In this document: positions 46,027-53,448 of the stretch, piece by piece
Layout: each line of letters opens with the position of its first letter
Numbering within the stretch: position 1 is the first letter of the stretch
Source of the DNA: a virus
Taxonomy: Duplodnaviria; Caudoviricetes
DNA: 53,448 nucleotides
IMG/VR virus record: IMGVR_UViG_3300031753_000009
Coordinates: 1 to 53,448 of that record
Reading direction: 5' to 3' (one strand)
The notes under the pieces: model-generated
The model's input: only the letters and a program-made list of their open reading frames with translations
The model's database searches: none
What the model was told of the DNA's origin: nothing
Made by a program: the position numbers and the translations under genes

Positions 46027-46529
46027 TGCATTGTTCACTCATAAAACCGCCAAAAGAACAGATGCGCCACTATAACTGGTGTGAGTGGGTTGGGGAATTC
46101 GAGCGCGGGGAGCGCATCATCCTTGTTGATGGCGTCCGTTGGGGACGGACGCATTGCACGTGGCATGGTTGCTGGGGCACAAGAATTACAATTAGGCAAG
46201 ATAACGGCGGTTGTATCGCGGACGAAAACGGTCCAATCGAAATCAGGTCCGGGCGCAAAGGACGCTGGGACGAAGAGTCGACCGACAATAAGGTTTTGAA
46301 AAAAGTTCAGGAACTGGTCGCCGCGGGCAAATTGCGTGATCCGAAGATCGTGCAAGCCGAGAACGAAAAAGCAGCCGCGGAATACAGTCGCCGCGCTGCC
46401 GAGCGCGACGCGCAAGAGGAATTACAATTCAGAAAGCGCGCATGCGAAGCGTTAGGCCTGAACAGCGATAACGGCTCGGAGCTTGTGACTCGTGTCGTCG
46501 CGGCAATGCGATGGGCGCAATCGAAATGA
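46023..46529 (+). CDS. Hypothetical protein
   Basis: GGAGGGG RBS; ATGA coupling. Confidence 0.65.
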   Translation: MMHCSLIKPPKEQMRHYNWCEWVGEFERGERIILVDGVRWGRTHCTWHGCWGTRITIRQDNGGCIADENGPIEIRSGRKGRWDEESTDNKVLKKVQELVAAGKLRDPKIVQAENEKAAAEYSRRAAERDAQEELQFRKRACEALGLNSDNGSELVTRVVAAMRWAQSK

Positions 46530-46549
46530 ACGGATATGGAGGCTGCGCG

Positions 46550-47185
46550 ATGACCACATGGCTCACCGATGAAAACGGCAACAAATGCTCCGTGGAATAT
46601 TTCGGCACGCGAGAGGCCGCACAAGTGGCGCTCGATAGCCTGAAAGCTTGCCGGGATTGCACCAACTGCTCGCGCTGCTCGCGCTGCTCGTACTGCTCGT
46701 ACTGCTCGCGCTGCTCGTACTGCTCGTACTGCTCGCGCTGCTCGTACTGCTCGCGCTGCTCGTACTGCTCGGGCTGCTCGTACTGCTCGGACTGCTCGGA
46801 CTGCTCGGACTGCTCGGACTGCTCGTACTGCTCGCGCTGCTCGTACAAAAAAAATGTCAAAGAGGGGTCCGGCGCCGCCAGCCTTGGACCTCCACCCATT
46901 CCGGTGATTGAGGACATCCATCGTCGCGTGTATGTAGCAGTGTCGGCGCCGCACGCTCTCGACATGAGAAACTGGCACACCTGCAACACGACGCACTGTC
47001 GGGCCGGCTGGGTCGTGCATCTGGCGGGCGAGGCCGGTTACGCATTGGAGCAGTTTTTTAATACACCGCTTGCCGCCCAACTGATCTATCGCGCGAGCGG
47101 TGCACCGATCAATCCCGGAAGGTTTTACGACAACAATGATGACGCGCTCGCCGACATGAAGCGGCTTGCTGAGCGCACTCTGTGA
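46550..47185 (+). CDS. Cys-x-x repeat protein with WHTCNTTHCRAGW domain
   Basis: GGAGG RBS before MTTWL; 22 consecutive Cxx units. Confidence 0.75.
   Translation: MTTWLTDENGNKCSVEYFGTREAAQVALDSLKACRDCTNCSRCSRCSYCSYCSRCSYCSYCSRCSYCSRCSYCSGCSYCSDCSDCSDCSDCSYCSRCSYKKNVKEGSGAASLGPPPIPVIEDIHRRVYVAVSAPHALDMRNWHTCNTTHCRAGWVVHLAGEAGYALEQFFNTPLAAQLIYRASGAPINPGRFYDNNDDALADMKRLAERTL
46667..46846 (+). repeat. 20 x 9-bp coding tandem repeat TGCTCG(CGC/TAC/GAC/GGC)
   Basis: Read directly from the sequence. Confidence 0.95.
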
Positions 47186-47412
47186 CCGAACCCGAACGCG
47201 CGCAAAGGTGGAGGGTCGGCAACAACCTGACGCTGGCGGAGCTGGCGCAGTTGACCGGGTTTTCCATCTCCGCCATCAGCCGATTCGAACAAGGCATGTT
47301 CCAGAACCACGGCAAGGCGGGATTTCACAAAATCCCCCAAGCGGCATGGAAACGATATAAGCTCGTGTGCGCGGCAGTGGCGAGCGGAGCGAGCAAGACA
47401 TTTGATTGGTGA
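47182..47412 (+). CDS. XRE-family HTH regulator
   Basis: LTLAELAQLTGFSISAISRFEQG. Confidence 0.85.
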   Translation: MTEPERAQRWRVGNNLTLAELAQLTGFSISAISRFEQGMFQNHGKAGFHKIPQAAWKRYKLVCAAVASGASKTFDW

Positions 47413-47426
47413 GGAGGGAAGCAGTT

Positions 47427-47816
47427 ATGGCCAAAACACTTTTCAAGCCGGGGACTAAGGTTGCGGTGTGCGTCTCTGAATACGGCATCAATAATTTTAG
47501 AGAGGATTTTGTGGATAACGTCTACGAGACTGGAAACTTTACCCTTAAAAGTTATCCACAACAATGGAAGCCAAACAGAGACGGTCGTACTGCGTGGCAA
47601 ATAGGAGGAGATGTATGGAACAGAAAGTTTATTGAGATTTGGGATGACGCCAGTGATACTAGAATAACAGCCGCCATAGCGACCGCGAATAGAATTAGTC
47701 GCCATAGCAAAATTATAAGGCGCCTTGAGTGCTTTCCGTACTCTGCACTCACAGACGCAATGCTTGATGTTATTGAGTCAGTTTTAGATAATTACGAAAA
47801 ACGGAGTAAAAAATGA
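47427..47816 (+). CDS. Hypothetical protein
   Basis: GAGGAGGG RBS before MAKTLF. Confidence 0.65.
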   Translation: MAKTLFKPGTKVAVCVSEYGINNFREDFVDNVYETGNFTLKSYPQQWKPNRDGRTAWQIGGDVWNRKFIEIWDDASDTRITAAIATANRISRHSKIIRRLECFPYSALTDAMLDVIESVLDNYEKRSKK

Positions 47817-47905
47817 AACTGTTAGTCGATTTCATTGTAGGTGCCATTGTCTTGGGATGCGTGCTCGCCGCCGTGCTATTAATCGCAGTGGTGCTCGCGC
47901 CATGA
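47813..47905 (+). CDS. 30-aa single-TM peptide
   Basis: MKLLVDFIVGAIVLGCVLAAVLLIAVVLAP; ATGA overlaps at both ends. Confidence 0.6.
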   Translation: MKLLVDFIVGAIVLGCVLAAVLLIAVVLAP

Positions 47906-47982
47906 AATATCTCGATTTAATTGCAGCCGCTGTTCTCGGAATTGCCGTCACATATTTATTTGCACTGGCATTAAGGCCATGA
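47902..47982 (+). CDS. 26-aa single-TM peptide
   Basis: MKYLDLIAAAVLGIAVTYLFALALRP; ATGA overlaps at both ends. Confidence 0.6.
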   Translation: MKYLDLIAAAVLGIAVTYLFALALRP

Positions 47983-48065
47983 TTCCTTGGCTCCTCACTC
48001 ACTTTTTCGTTGCCGTGCTCATTTATGGCATCACATCTCTGTTGGCGCGAAGGATGATTAGATGA
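47979..48065 (+). CDS. 28-aa single-TM peptide
   Basis: MIPWLLTHFFVAVLIYGITSLLARRMIR; ATGA overlaps at both ends. Confidence 0.6.
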   Translation: MIPWLLTHFFVAVLIYGITSLLARRMIR

Positions 48066-48295
48066 CATTCAAGATTGAAAATGATGTACCACTCTCGCGG
48101 CGTGTTAGGGGCGGGCAAGGAGGTAGAAAGCCAAAATATCCATTCGGCGAAATGAAGATCGGGCAATCATTCGCCGTAACAAAAAGATTTAAACAGGTTA
48201 TAGCTTCGGCTCATAGTTATGGACATTTACGCAATAAAACCTTCGTCGGTCGTTCCGACGGTAAAGACAGCGGCAGGATATGGCGTATAAAATGA
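48062..48295 (+). CDS. Small basic phage protein
   Basis: FKIENDVPL...KYPFGEMKIGQSF...RIWRIK. Confidence 0.7.
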   Translation: MTFKIENDVPLSRRVRGGQGGRKPKYPFGEMKIGQSFAVTKRFKQVIASAHSYGHLRNKTFVGRSDGKDSGRIWRIK

Positions 48296-48795
48296 GCGAC
48301 TCATCGCGAAATAAATACGCTTGCCCTACCTGCGGCCATCCCATCCTGCCGAGCGATCCGTTCGCCATCCTCGGGCCGACACAGAGGCGCATATTCAACC
48401 TGGTGCATGCCGCCGGCCAGGCAGGCATCAACTCGCAACTGCTGGCGGAACGGGCTTACGCCGGCACCAGCGGAGGAGCTTCGGGCAGCCTGGTCTCGGT
48501 CCACATCCGGCACATCAACAACAAGCTGCGCCTGTTGAAGCTCCACATCGTCTCGACGCGCCTGGGGTCCCACGGCGCCAATTATGTCGTTCGACGCTTC
48601 GGCACACTCAACGGCGACAGCCACGGGCTGCACAACGGGTATGGCGAGGATAACACGGCTTCCCGGTTGACTGCCGAACAGGTCAAGCGCATCAGGCAGG
48701 ACGGACGATCCAACCGGACGATTGCCAAGGCGTACGGCGTGGCGGGGCGCACAATCGATCGCATCAAGCGGCGAGAGAGCTGGAAACACATTTGA
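48292..48795 (+). CDS. Winged-helix plus HTH DNA-binding protein
   Basis: CPTCG; LVSVHIRHINNKL; LTAEQVKRIR...IAKAYGVAGRTIDRIK. Confidence 0.65.
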   Translation: MSDSSRNKYACPTCGHPILPSDPFAILGPTQRRIFNLVHAAGQAGINSQLLAERAYAGTSGGASGSLVSVHIRHINNKLRLLKLHIVSTRLGSHGANYVVRRFGTLNGDSHGLHNGYGEDNTASRLTAEQVKRIRQDGRSNRTIAKAYGVAGRTIDRIKRRESWKHI

Positions 48796-48812
48796 TGGAG
48801 GAGGTTGCGCCG

Positions 48813-49012
48813 TGATGAGCGATCACTGCTTTTGCGACTATTTCGAGTTGCGCGGCCAAATCTACGAGATTTGGTCCAATTCTGGCGATCCTAGCAACCG
48901 CTGTCTAGTCGATCCGCGCAAGAACGAGGTCGTCGATACCGACCACGCCTTCGACCCTCCGCTCACGAACGACGAGCTGTTGGCGATCTACGACTACGGC
49001 AAGGGGTATTAA
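48813..49012 (+). CDS. Hypothetical protein
   Basis: GGAGGAGG RBS. Confidence 0.55.
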
Positions 49013-49015
49013 CGA

Positions 49016-49522
49016 ATGCGCCCTGTCGTAATCGACTTCGAGACGTATTTCGCAGACGACTTCACGCTGTCCAAAATGTCAACGGAAGCGTACATCCGCG
49101 ATCCGCGCTTCCAGGCTCACGGCGCCGCGATCAAATGGAGCGTCAACCATGCCGCCAAGTGGTATGACGGGCGGCAGCTTCGGCACGTCCTGGCGAACGA
49201 GGATTGGTCTGACGTTTTTCTTATTGCTTGGCACGCGCAATTCGACGGACTGATTCTCTCCCATCATTACGGAGTGAAACCGGCGATGTGGGGCTGCCCC
49301 ATGTCAATGGCGCGCTTGCTTCATCCTCCGCACGGCTCCGTCTCTTTGGACAATATTCGCAAATTATATGGCATGCCGGCGAAGACGACGCCGTACAATC
49401 TGTTCAAGAACAAGCGATGGGAGGACATGACGCCCGACGTGCAGCGCCAGGTTGCCGAGGGGGCGGAAGATGAAGTAAAATCGATTTGGTTGTTGTTTCA
49501 GAAGTTCATGAGGGAAGGTTGA
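49016..49522 (+). CDS. DNA polymerase A, 3'-5' exonuclease part
   Basis: ExoI VIDFET, ExoII AWHAQFD. Confidence 0.8.
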   Translation: MRPVVIDFETYFADDFTLSKMSTEAYIRDPRFQAHGAAIKWSVNHAAKWYDGRQLRHVLANEDWSDVFLIAWHAQFDGLILSHHYGVKPAMWGCPMSMARLLHPPHGSVSLDNIRKLYGMPAKTTPYNLFKNKRWEDMTPDVQRQVAEGAEDEVKSIWLLFQKFMREG

Positions 49523-49527
49523 ATAAC

Positions 49528-50079
49528 ATGGAACTCCCCAAATACGGGGTTATTTATGCTGATCCTCCTTGGGCTTATGGAGATAAAGGATTCGGCAAGC
49601 GACCTGAACAAGCCGAAAGCGGTTCGTTTGCGCCAGAAGCGGGCCGCTATAACACCATGACTATTGCAGACATCGCGGCTATGCCGGTATATAAAATTGC
49701 TGATGAAAATTGTGCTTTACTGCTTTGGGCAACGTCGCCGCTGCTTCCAGAAGCGTTGCACGTAATTTCCTCGTGGAAATTTAAGTTCAAAACCGTTGCT
49801 TTTTGCTGGTCAAAAATAACTTCGACAGGAAAGGAAGTTGCAAATTTGGGGCAATGGACTATGGGCAACGTAGAATTATGTTTGCTCGCGACAAAAGGAT
49901 CGCCAAAACGGTTGCGGCGCGATGTAAGACAATTGGTCGTAGACACGCGCACCGAGCACAGTAAAAAACCCGAAGAAGTGCGAACTAGAATCGAAGCTAT
50001 TTTTGGAAACGTGCGAAAAATCGAACTGTTTGCGCGCACGCGCGCTGCTGGATGGGATTCGTGGGGCAATCAATTATGA
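49528..50079 (+). CDS. MT-A70 family adenine methyltransferase
   Basis: IYADPPW, LLLWAT, HSKKPEE, IELFAR, GWDSWGNQ. Confidence 0.92.
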   Translation: MELPKYGVIYADPPWAYGDKGFGKRPEQAESGSFAPEAGRYNTMTIADIAAMPVYKIADENCALLLWATSPLLPEALHVISSWKFKFKTVAFCWSKITSTGKEVANLGQWTMGNVELCLLATKGSPKRLRRDVRQLVVDTRTEHSKKPEEVRTRIEAIFGNVRKIELFARTRAAGWDSWGNQL

Positions 50080-51452
50080 CCTTCCCCATCGAAGAACTGG
50101 AAATCATAGATTCCGTCGTCCAGATGTTCACCAATCCCGTGCTCCGCGCCGACGTGGATTTGCTCGGGAAGGTGTGGACGACCGAGGCGACCAAAAAGCA
50201 AGAGCGCATGACGGCGCTCGGCATCACCGAGGCCGACGTGCAATCCGCTGACAAATTCCAGGCGTTGCTTGAAGCCGAAGGTGTTGAGATCGAGTACAAA
50301 AAGGGCAAGAACGGCGACATTCCCGCCTTTGCCAAGAACGATGAGTTCATGCAACGTTTGTTGGAGGACGGCGATGAGCGAATCAGGACGCTTGCCGAGG
50401 CGCGCATCGGTGCCAAATCGACGCTGTTACAGACGCGCGCCGAGACGCTGGGCTGGATGGCAAGTCGGGGACCTTTGTGCGTTTATCTGCGCTACTGCGG
50501 AGCTGCTACCTTGCGCCCAACGGGCGGCGATGGCGCGAACTGGCTTAATTTCAAACGTGGTTCAGATATCCGACGTTCGATTCTGGCGCCGGAAGGCTAC
50601 CTCCTAGCTCCGATCGATGCTTCCCAGATCGAGTTTCGCGTCGCGATGTACCTCGCCGGTCAGGACGATGTGCTCGATCTGTTGCGCAATGGAGGTGATC
50701 CGTACATTGGTATCGCTTCTGAATTTTACGGAGAGCAAATATACAAACCTCAAAAAGACGACCCTCGCAAGCTGGAAATGGAACAAAAAAGGGGAACTGG
50801 CAAAGTTGCCCAATTGCAATGCCAATACGGTTCGTCAGGCAAGTCTTTTCGCCGTGCAGTTCGTTCAGGAGCGTATGGTCCGCCGGTCGATATGCCTATT
50901 GAAGATGCTAACCGCTTTGTAAAGCTGTATCGTGATACGCATCTCAAAGTGTGCGCCCGTCCAGGCGGCTATTGGTCCCAATGCGACCGCATGATTGCGC
51001 GCCTTGCCGGCGGGCCGCCTGTGGAATGGGGACCGCTGACCGTCAAGGATCACAGAATTTACTTGCCAAACGGCACCTTCATGAATTATGAAAGTTTGGA
51101 ATTTCATCATCCTGGTGCGGACGAGGAAGCAAGGGATTTCGAGCGCAACGGCTACTGGCGCGTGCGCACCAGGCAAGGATGGAAAAAACTGTGGGGATCG
51201 AAGCTTACCCAGAATATCTGCGAGGCGGTCAGCCGCGTCATCGTCAGTCAGGCGATGATTCGCATCAAGCGGCAGCATGGCATCCGAACGTTGAACTGGC
51301 CGTATGACGAGCTGCTTCTTCTTGTTCCCGATGATTCGAAAGCAGAGGAAGTTGTGAAAGCATGCCGGCAGGAATTGTGCAGGACGCCCGACTGGCTCCC
51401 CGGCATTCCGCTAGATGCTGAGGCAACGATCGGTAAGAGGTATAGTAAATAA
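50076..51452 (+). CDS. DNA polymerase A, polymerase part
   Basis: Motif A DASQIEFR, motif B RGTGKVAQLQCQYG, motif C-like WPYDE, LPGIPLDAE. Confidence 0.88.
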   Translation: MTFPIEELEIIDSVVQMFTNPVLRADVDLLGKVWTTEATKKQERMTALGITEADVQSADKFQALLEAEGVEIEYKKGKNGDIPAFAKNDEFMQRLLEDGDERIRTLAEARIGAKSTLLQTRAETLGWMASRGPLCVYLRYCGAATLRPTGGDGANWLNFKRGSDIRRSILAPEGYLLAPIDASQIEFRVAMYLAGQDDVLDLLRNGGDPYIGIASEFYGEQIYKPQKDDPRKLEMEQKRGTGKVAQLQCQYGSSGKSFRRAVRSGAYGPPVDMPIEDANRFVKLYRDTHLKVCARPGGYWSQCDRMIARLAGGPPVEWGPLTVKDHRIYLPNGTFMNYESLEFHHPGADEEARDFERNGYWRVRTRQGWKKLWGSKLTQNICEAVSRVIVSQAMIRIKRQHGIRTLNWPYDELLLLVPDDSKAEEVVKACRQELCRTPDWLPGIPLDAEATIGKRYSK

Positions 51453-51469
51453 CGCAGAGGAGGTGCACA

Positions 51470-51691
51470 ATGGATATGGACAATCGACAGATGCTTCAAA
51501 TCCCCGAGCCACGCGAGTACCTTGCGTCGGGAACCATTACTCTGATCGGGGTGCAATTCGTTATCATCGCATCGAGTCAAGAGGAAGCCGAGGCCAAGGC
51601 CGAGCGCGGCGAATGGCACGACTACGACATTGCGGGCGCGTCTAGCTCTGACTCCAATATCTGCGCCAGTACGATCAAGGAAAACGTATAA
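51470..51691 (+). CDS. Hypothetical protein
   Basis: GAGGAGG RBS; IASSQEEAEAKA. Confidence 0.6.
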   Translation: MDMDNRQMLQIPEPREYLASGTITLIGVQFVIIASSQEEAEAKAERGEWHDYDIAGASSSDSNICASTIKENV

Positions 51692-51721
51692 CGGCTGGAA
51701 TGGACCTTGTAGTTGCCTTAC

Positions 51722-51964
51722 ATGCAAAACGCATCAAAAATCACTAAACATCCCGAATGGAAAACCTTCCGGTACGTTCCACACTTCCGCGTTGGCGACT
51801 TCCTGAAAGCAGGATGGCACGCCACGGGTTCGGACCTGGGGCATCACAACGAGTATTCGATTCTCATGGAGTGGCTGTGCGATTGCAAGATCAATGAGCC
51901 CACAATCACATGGGAAGAATTTACGGGCGGGCACAGATATCCGAGAGGAATTGCAAACCAATGA
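51722..51964 (+). CDS. Hypothetical protein
   Basis: ORF in the operon. Confidence 0.5.
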   Translation: MQNASKITKHPEWKTFRYVPHFRVGDFLKAGWHATGSDLGHHNEYSILMEWLCDCKINEPTITWEEFTGGHRYPRGIANQ

Positions 51965-52296
51965 GTGACGAACAATTCTCAACAATTCTCAACGGATGCT
52001 GGCGTACCGAAGGATGTCAGAGTCCGGATAAATGTTGGGAGCGAGCTGTTTGTGCTGACGACGGTGTCAGAGCGCTATTGACCCGTCAACGATTTCGCAT
52101 GATAAAGACCCTGGATTTCTTTGAGATTCCAATTGGAGTGTTTGACCGGTACGAAATCGATTTCGCCGCAGCATACGAAAATTATGGTGCCTCTCCTCAT
52201 AAGAAATATCCGCCATCTTACAACGATTTAGATGCGCAACGGACAACTACGCAGCAACCAATAACACCGCTTAGTGTTTTCCAACGAGAAGATTGA
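51961..52296 (+). CDS. Hypothetical protein
   Basis: GAGGA RBS; ATGA coupling. Confidence 0.45.
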   Translation: MSDEQFSTILNGCWRTEGCQSPDKCWERAVCADDGVRALLTRQRFRMIKTLDFFEIPIGVFDRYEIDFAAAYENYGASPHKKYPPSYNDLDAQRTTTQQPITPLSVFQRED

Positions 52297-52655
52297 TGCT
52301 AACACGAACCCCGTTGCATGAGATCGTTGGTCGGATCGCGCTCGAACCTTGGCGCAAGATTCTGCTCGATGCCGCGGATCGGATTGAACGAAATGGGCAT
52401 GCTAAGGGAGCTTTAATTACTGAAACCGGAGCACAATGCGCGCTAGGCGCTATTCATAACTGGCGCTTTGACAGAGGGGTCCTCACGGCTAGTCTTCGTA
52501 CAGATGCCAGTGCATATGCTTCACGTCGCTTAGATCAAATGGTTGGCAACGTTGTCAAATGGAACAACGCCCCCGAACGCACCGCTGAGGAAGTCATCAC
52601 CACCATGCGCACATGTGCGCTCCAAGGAATCGACAAGGAGAAAACCGATGAGTAA
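52296..52655 (+). CDS. DUF6197-like phage protein
   Basis: AADRIERNG, CALGAI, WNNAPERTAEEVI. Confidence 0.65.
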   Translation: MLTRTPLHEIVGRIALEPWRKILLDAADRIERNGHAKGALITETGAQCALGAIHNWRFDRGVLTASLRTDASAYASRRLDQMVGNVVKWNNAPERTAEEVITTMRTCALQGIDKEKTDE

Positions 52656-53019
52656 CAGTGAGACATTTCCACAATTCCAGCCTCAACCTCCGATGTTCGA
52701 AACGCCAGTTGAAACGGCGCAACCTGCGCGGGACGCGCCCAAGCAAGGTCGCCGAGGTCCGCGCAAGGTAGCCGATGCAACGCCGCCCAAAAAGCGCGGG
52801 CGCCCCAAGGGATCGCCCAACAAAGGCCCCGCCAGTCCTTCGCCGGATCGGCATCGCGTTGGGCTGGCAATTCCGCTGTCTACGGCTGCAACGGCTCTCG
52901 CAGGCTTAGATTCCGCGGAAACGTCGCTGGTCGTGCAGGTGGCCGACGCGATCAACGCGTTGCCGCCGCAGTCGCGCACGAGCGTCGCGACAGCGCTTGG
53001 TAAACTGTTTGCGGCGTAG
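52648..53019 (+). CDS. AT-hook-like basic protein
   Basis: AAGGAG RBS; PKKRGRPKGS. Confidence 0.6.
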   Translation: MSNSETFPQFQPQPPMFETPVETAQPARDAPKQGRRGPRKVADATPPKKRGRPKGSPNKGPASPSPDRHRVGLAIPLSTAATALAGLDSAETSLVVQVADAINALPPQSRTSVATALGKLFAA

Positions 53020-53072
53020 CGTTAAAGATTGGCGAGAGGTTTCCAAGTCTCTCGCATTCTCAAGGCGCAAAA

Positions 53073-53448
53073 ATGAATTATCTCGATCCCGGTCCCATTC
53101 CTGCGTTCCTCGACCGGACGCGCTTGATCTATACGTACACGAATCTCAATACTTTCGATAACGTGTGTCCGCATCAGTTTTATCGACGCTACATCGTCAA
53201 GGACATTCCTTACGTTGAAACCGATGCGATGCGCTGGGGCAATCAGGTCCACACCGCATTTGAGCATCGCTTGGCCGGCGGCAAGCCGCTCCCTGTCGAG
53301 ATGCAGCAATGGGAGCATTTCGCCGAACCGTTCGACAACCGGACGGTCAAAGTCGAGATAAAACTGGCGATCGATTCAAACGGTGCTTCCGTCGGTTATT
53401 GGGACAAGGCGGCATGGCTGCGTGGCAAGATCGACGCGGTTGTGCTGA
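53073..53448 (+). CDS. PD-(D/E)XK (Cas4/RecB-like) exonuclease, partial
   Basis: Hand-translated ...CPHQFYRRY...WGNQVHTAFE...VEIKLA...LRGKIDAV; runs off the window. Confidence 0.8.
   Translation, partial: MNYLDPGPIPAFLDRTRLIYTYTNLNTFDNVCPHQFYRRYIVKDIPYVETDAMRWGNQVHTAFEHRLAGGKPLPVEMQQWEHFAEPFDNRTVKVEIKLAIDSNGASVGYWDKAAWLRGKIDAVVL

Noticed and set aside
46307-47080. AVR-, EQY- and Leu-repeat ORFs in other frames, and the array as a possible CRISPR
   Set aside because: Stop-free by-products of the 9-bp repeat; no unique spacers and no cas genes.
53073-53448. Cas4-like nuclease as a CRISPR component
   Set aside because: Standalone PD-(D/E)XK exonucleases are routine in phage replication modules; no array present.

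Overview
About 53 kb of a tailed dsDNA phage genome, cut inside a gene at each end. The architecture is podovirus-like and the host is probably alphaproteobacterial (inferred from a GapR/DUF2312 gene). Most of 1-39.3 kb is a minus-strand block read right to left: HNH, two-frame C5 methyltransferase, RHH regulator, glycan-enzyme cluster with a serine recombinase, terminase, portal, scaffold, capsid, two paralogous adaptors, nozzle, three ejection-type proteins and tail-fibre/tailspike-like genes. 40-45 kb holds small early-type genes, a clamp-like gene and a primase-helicase. 45.5-53.4 kb is plus-strand, with a PolA gene split by an MT-A70 methyltransferase. The most unusual signal is that five of the six appendage genes (1-7162) carry Sec-type signal peptides and paired cysteines, while the sixth, a paralog of one of them, has neither. 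This suggests periplasmic folding of virion appendages. Also notable: a promoter-to-terminator small RNA with anti-Shine-Dalgarno loops opposite the primase leader, a repeated operator, and several unannotated micro-ORFs. All calls are by motif recognition; no searches were run. No tRNA, rRNA or CRISPR array was seen.
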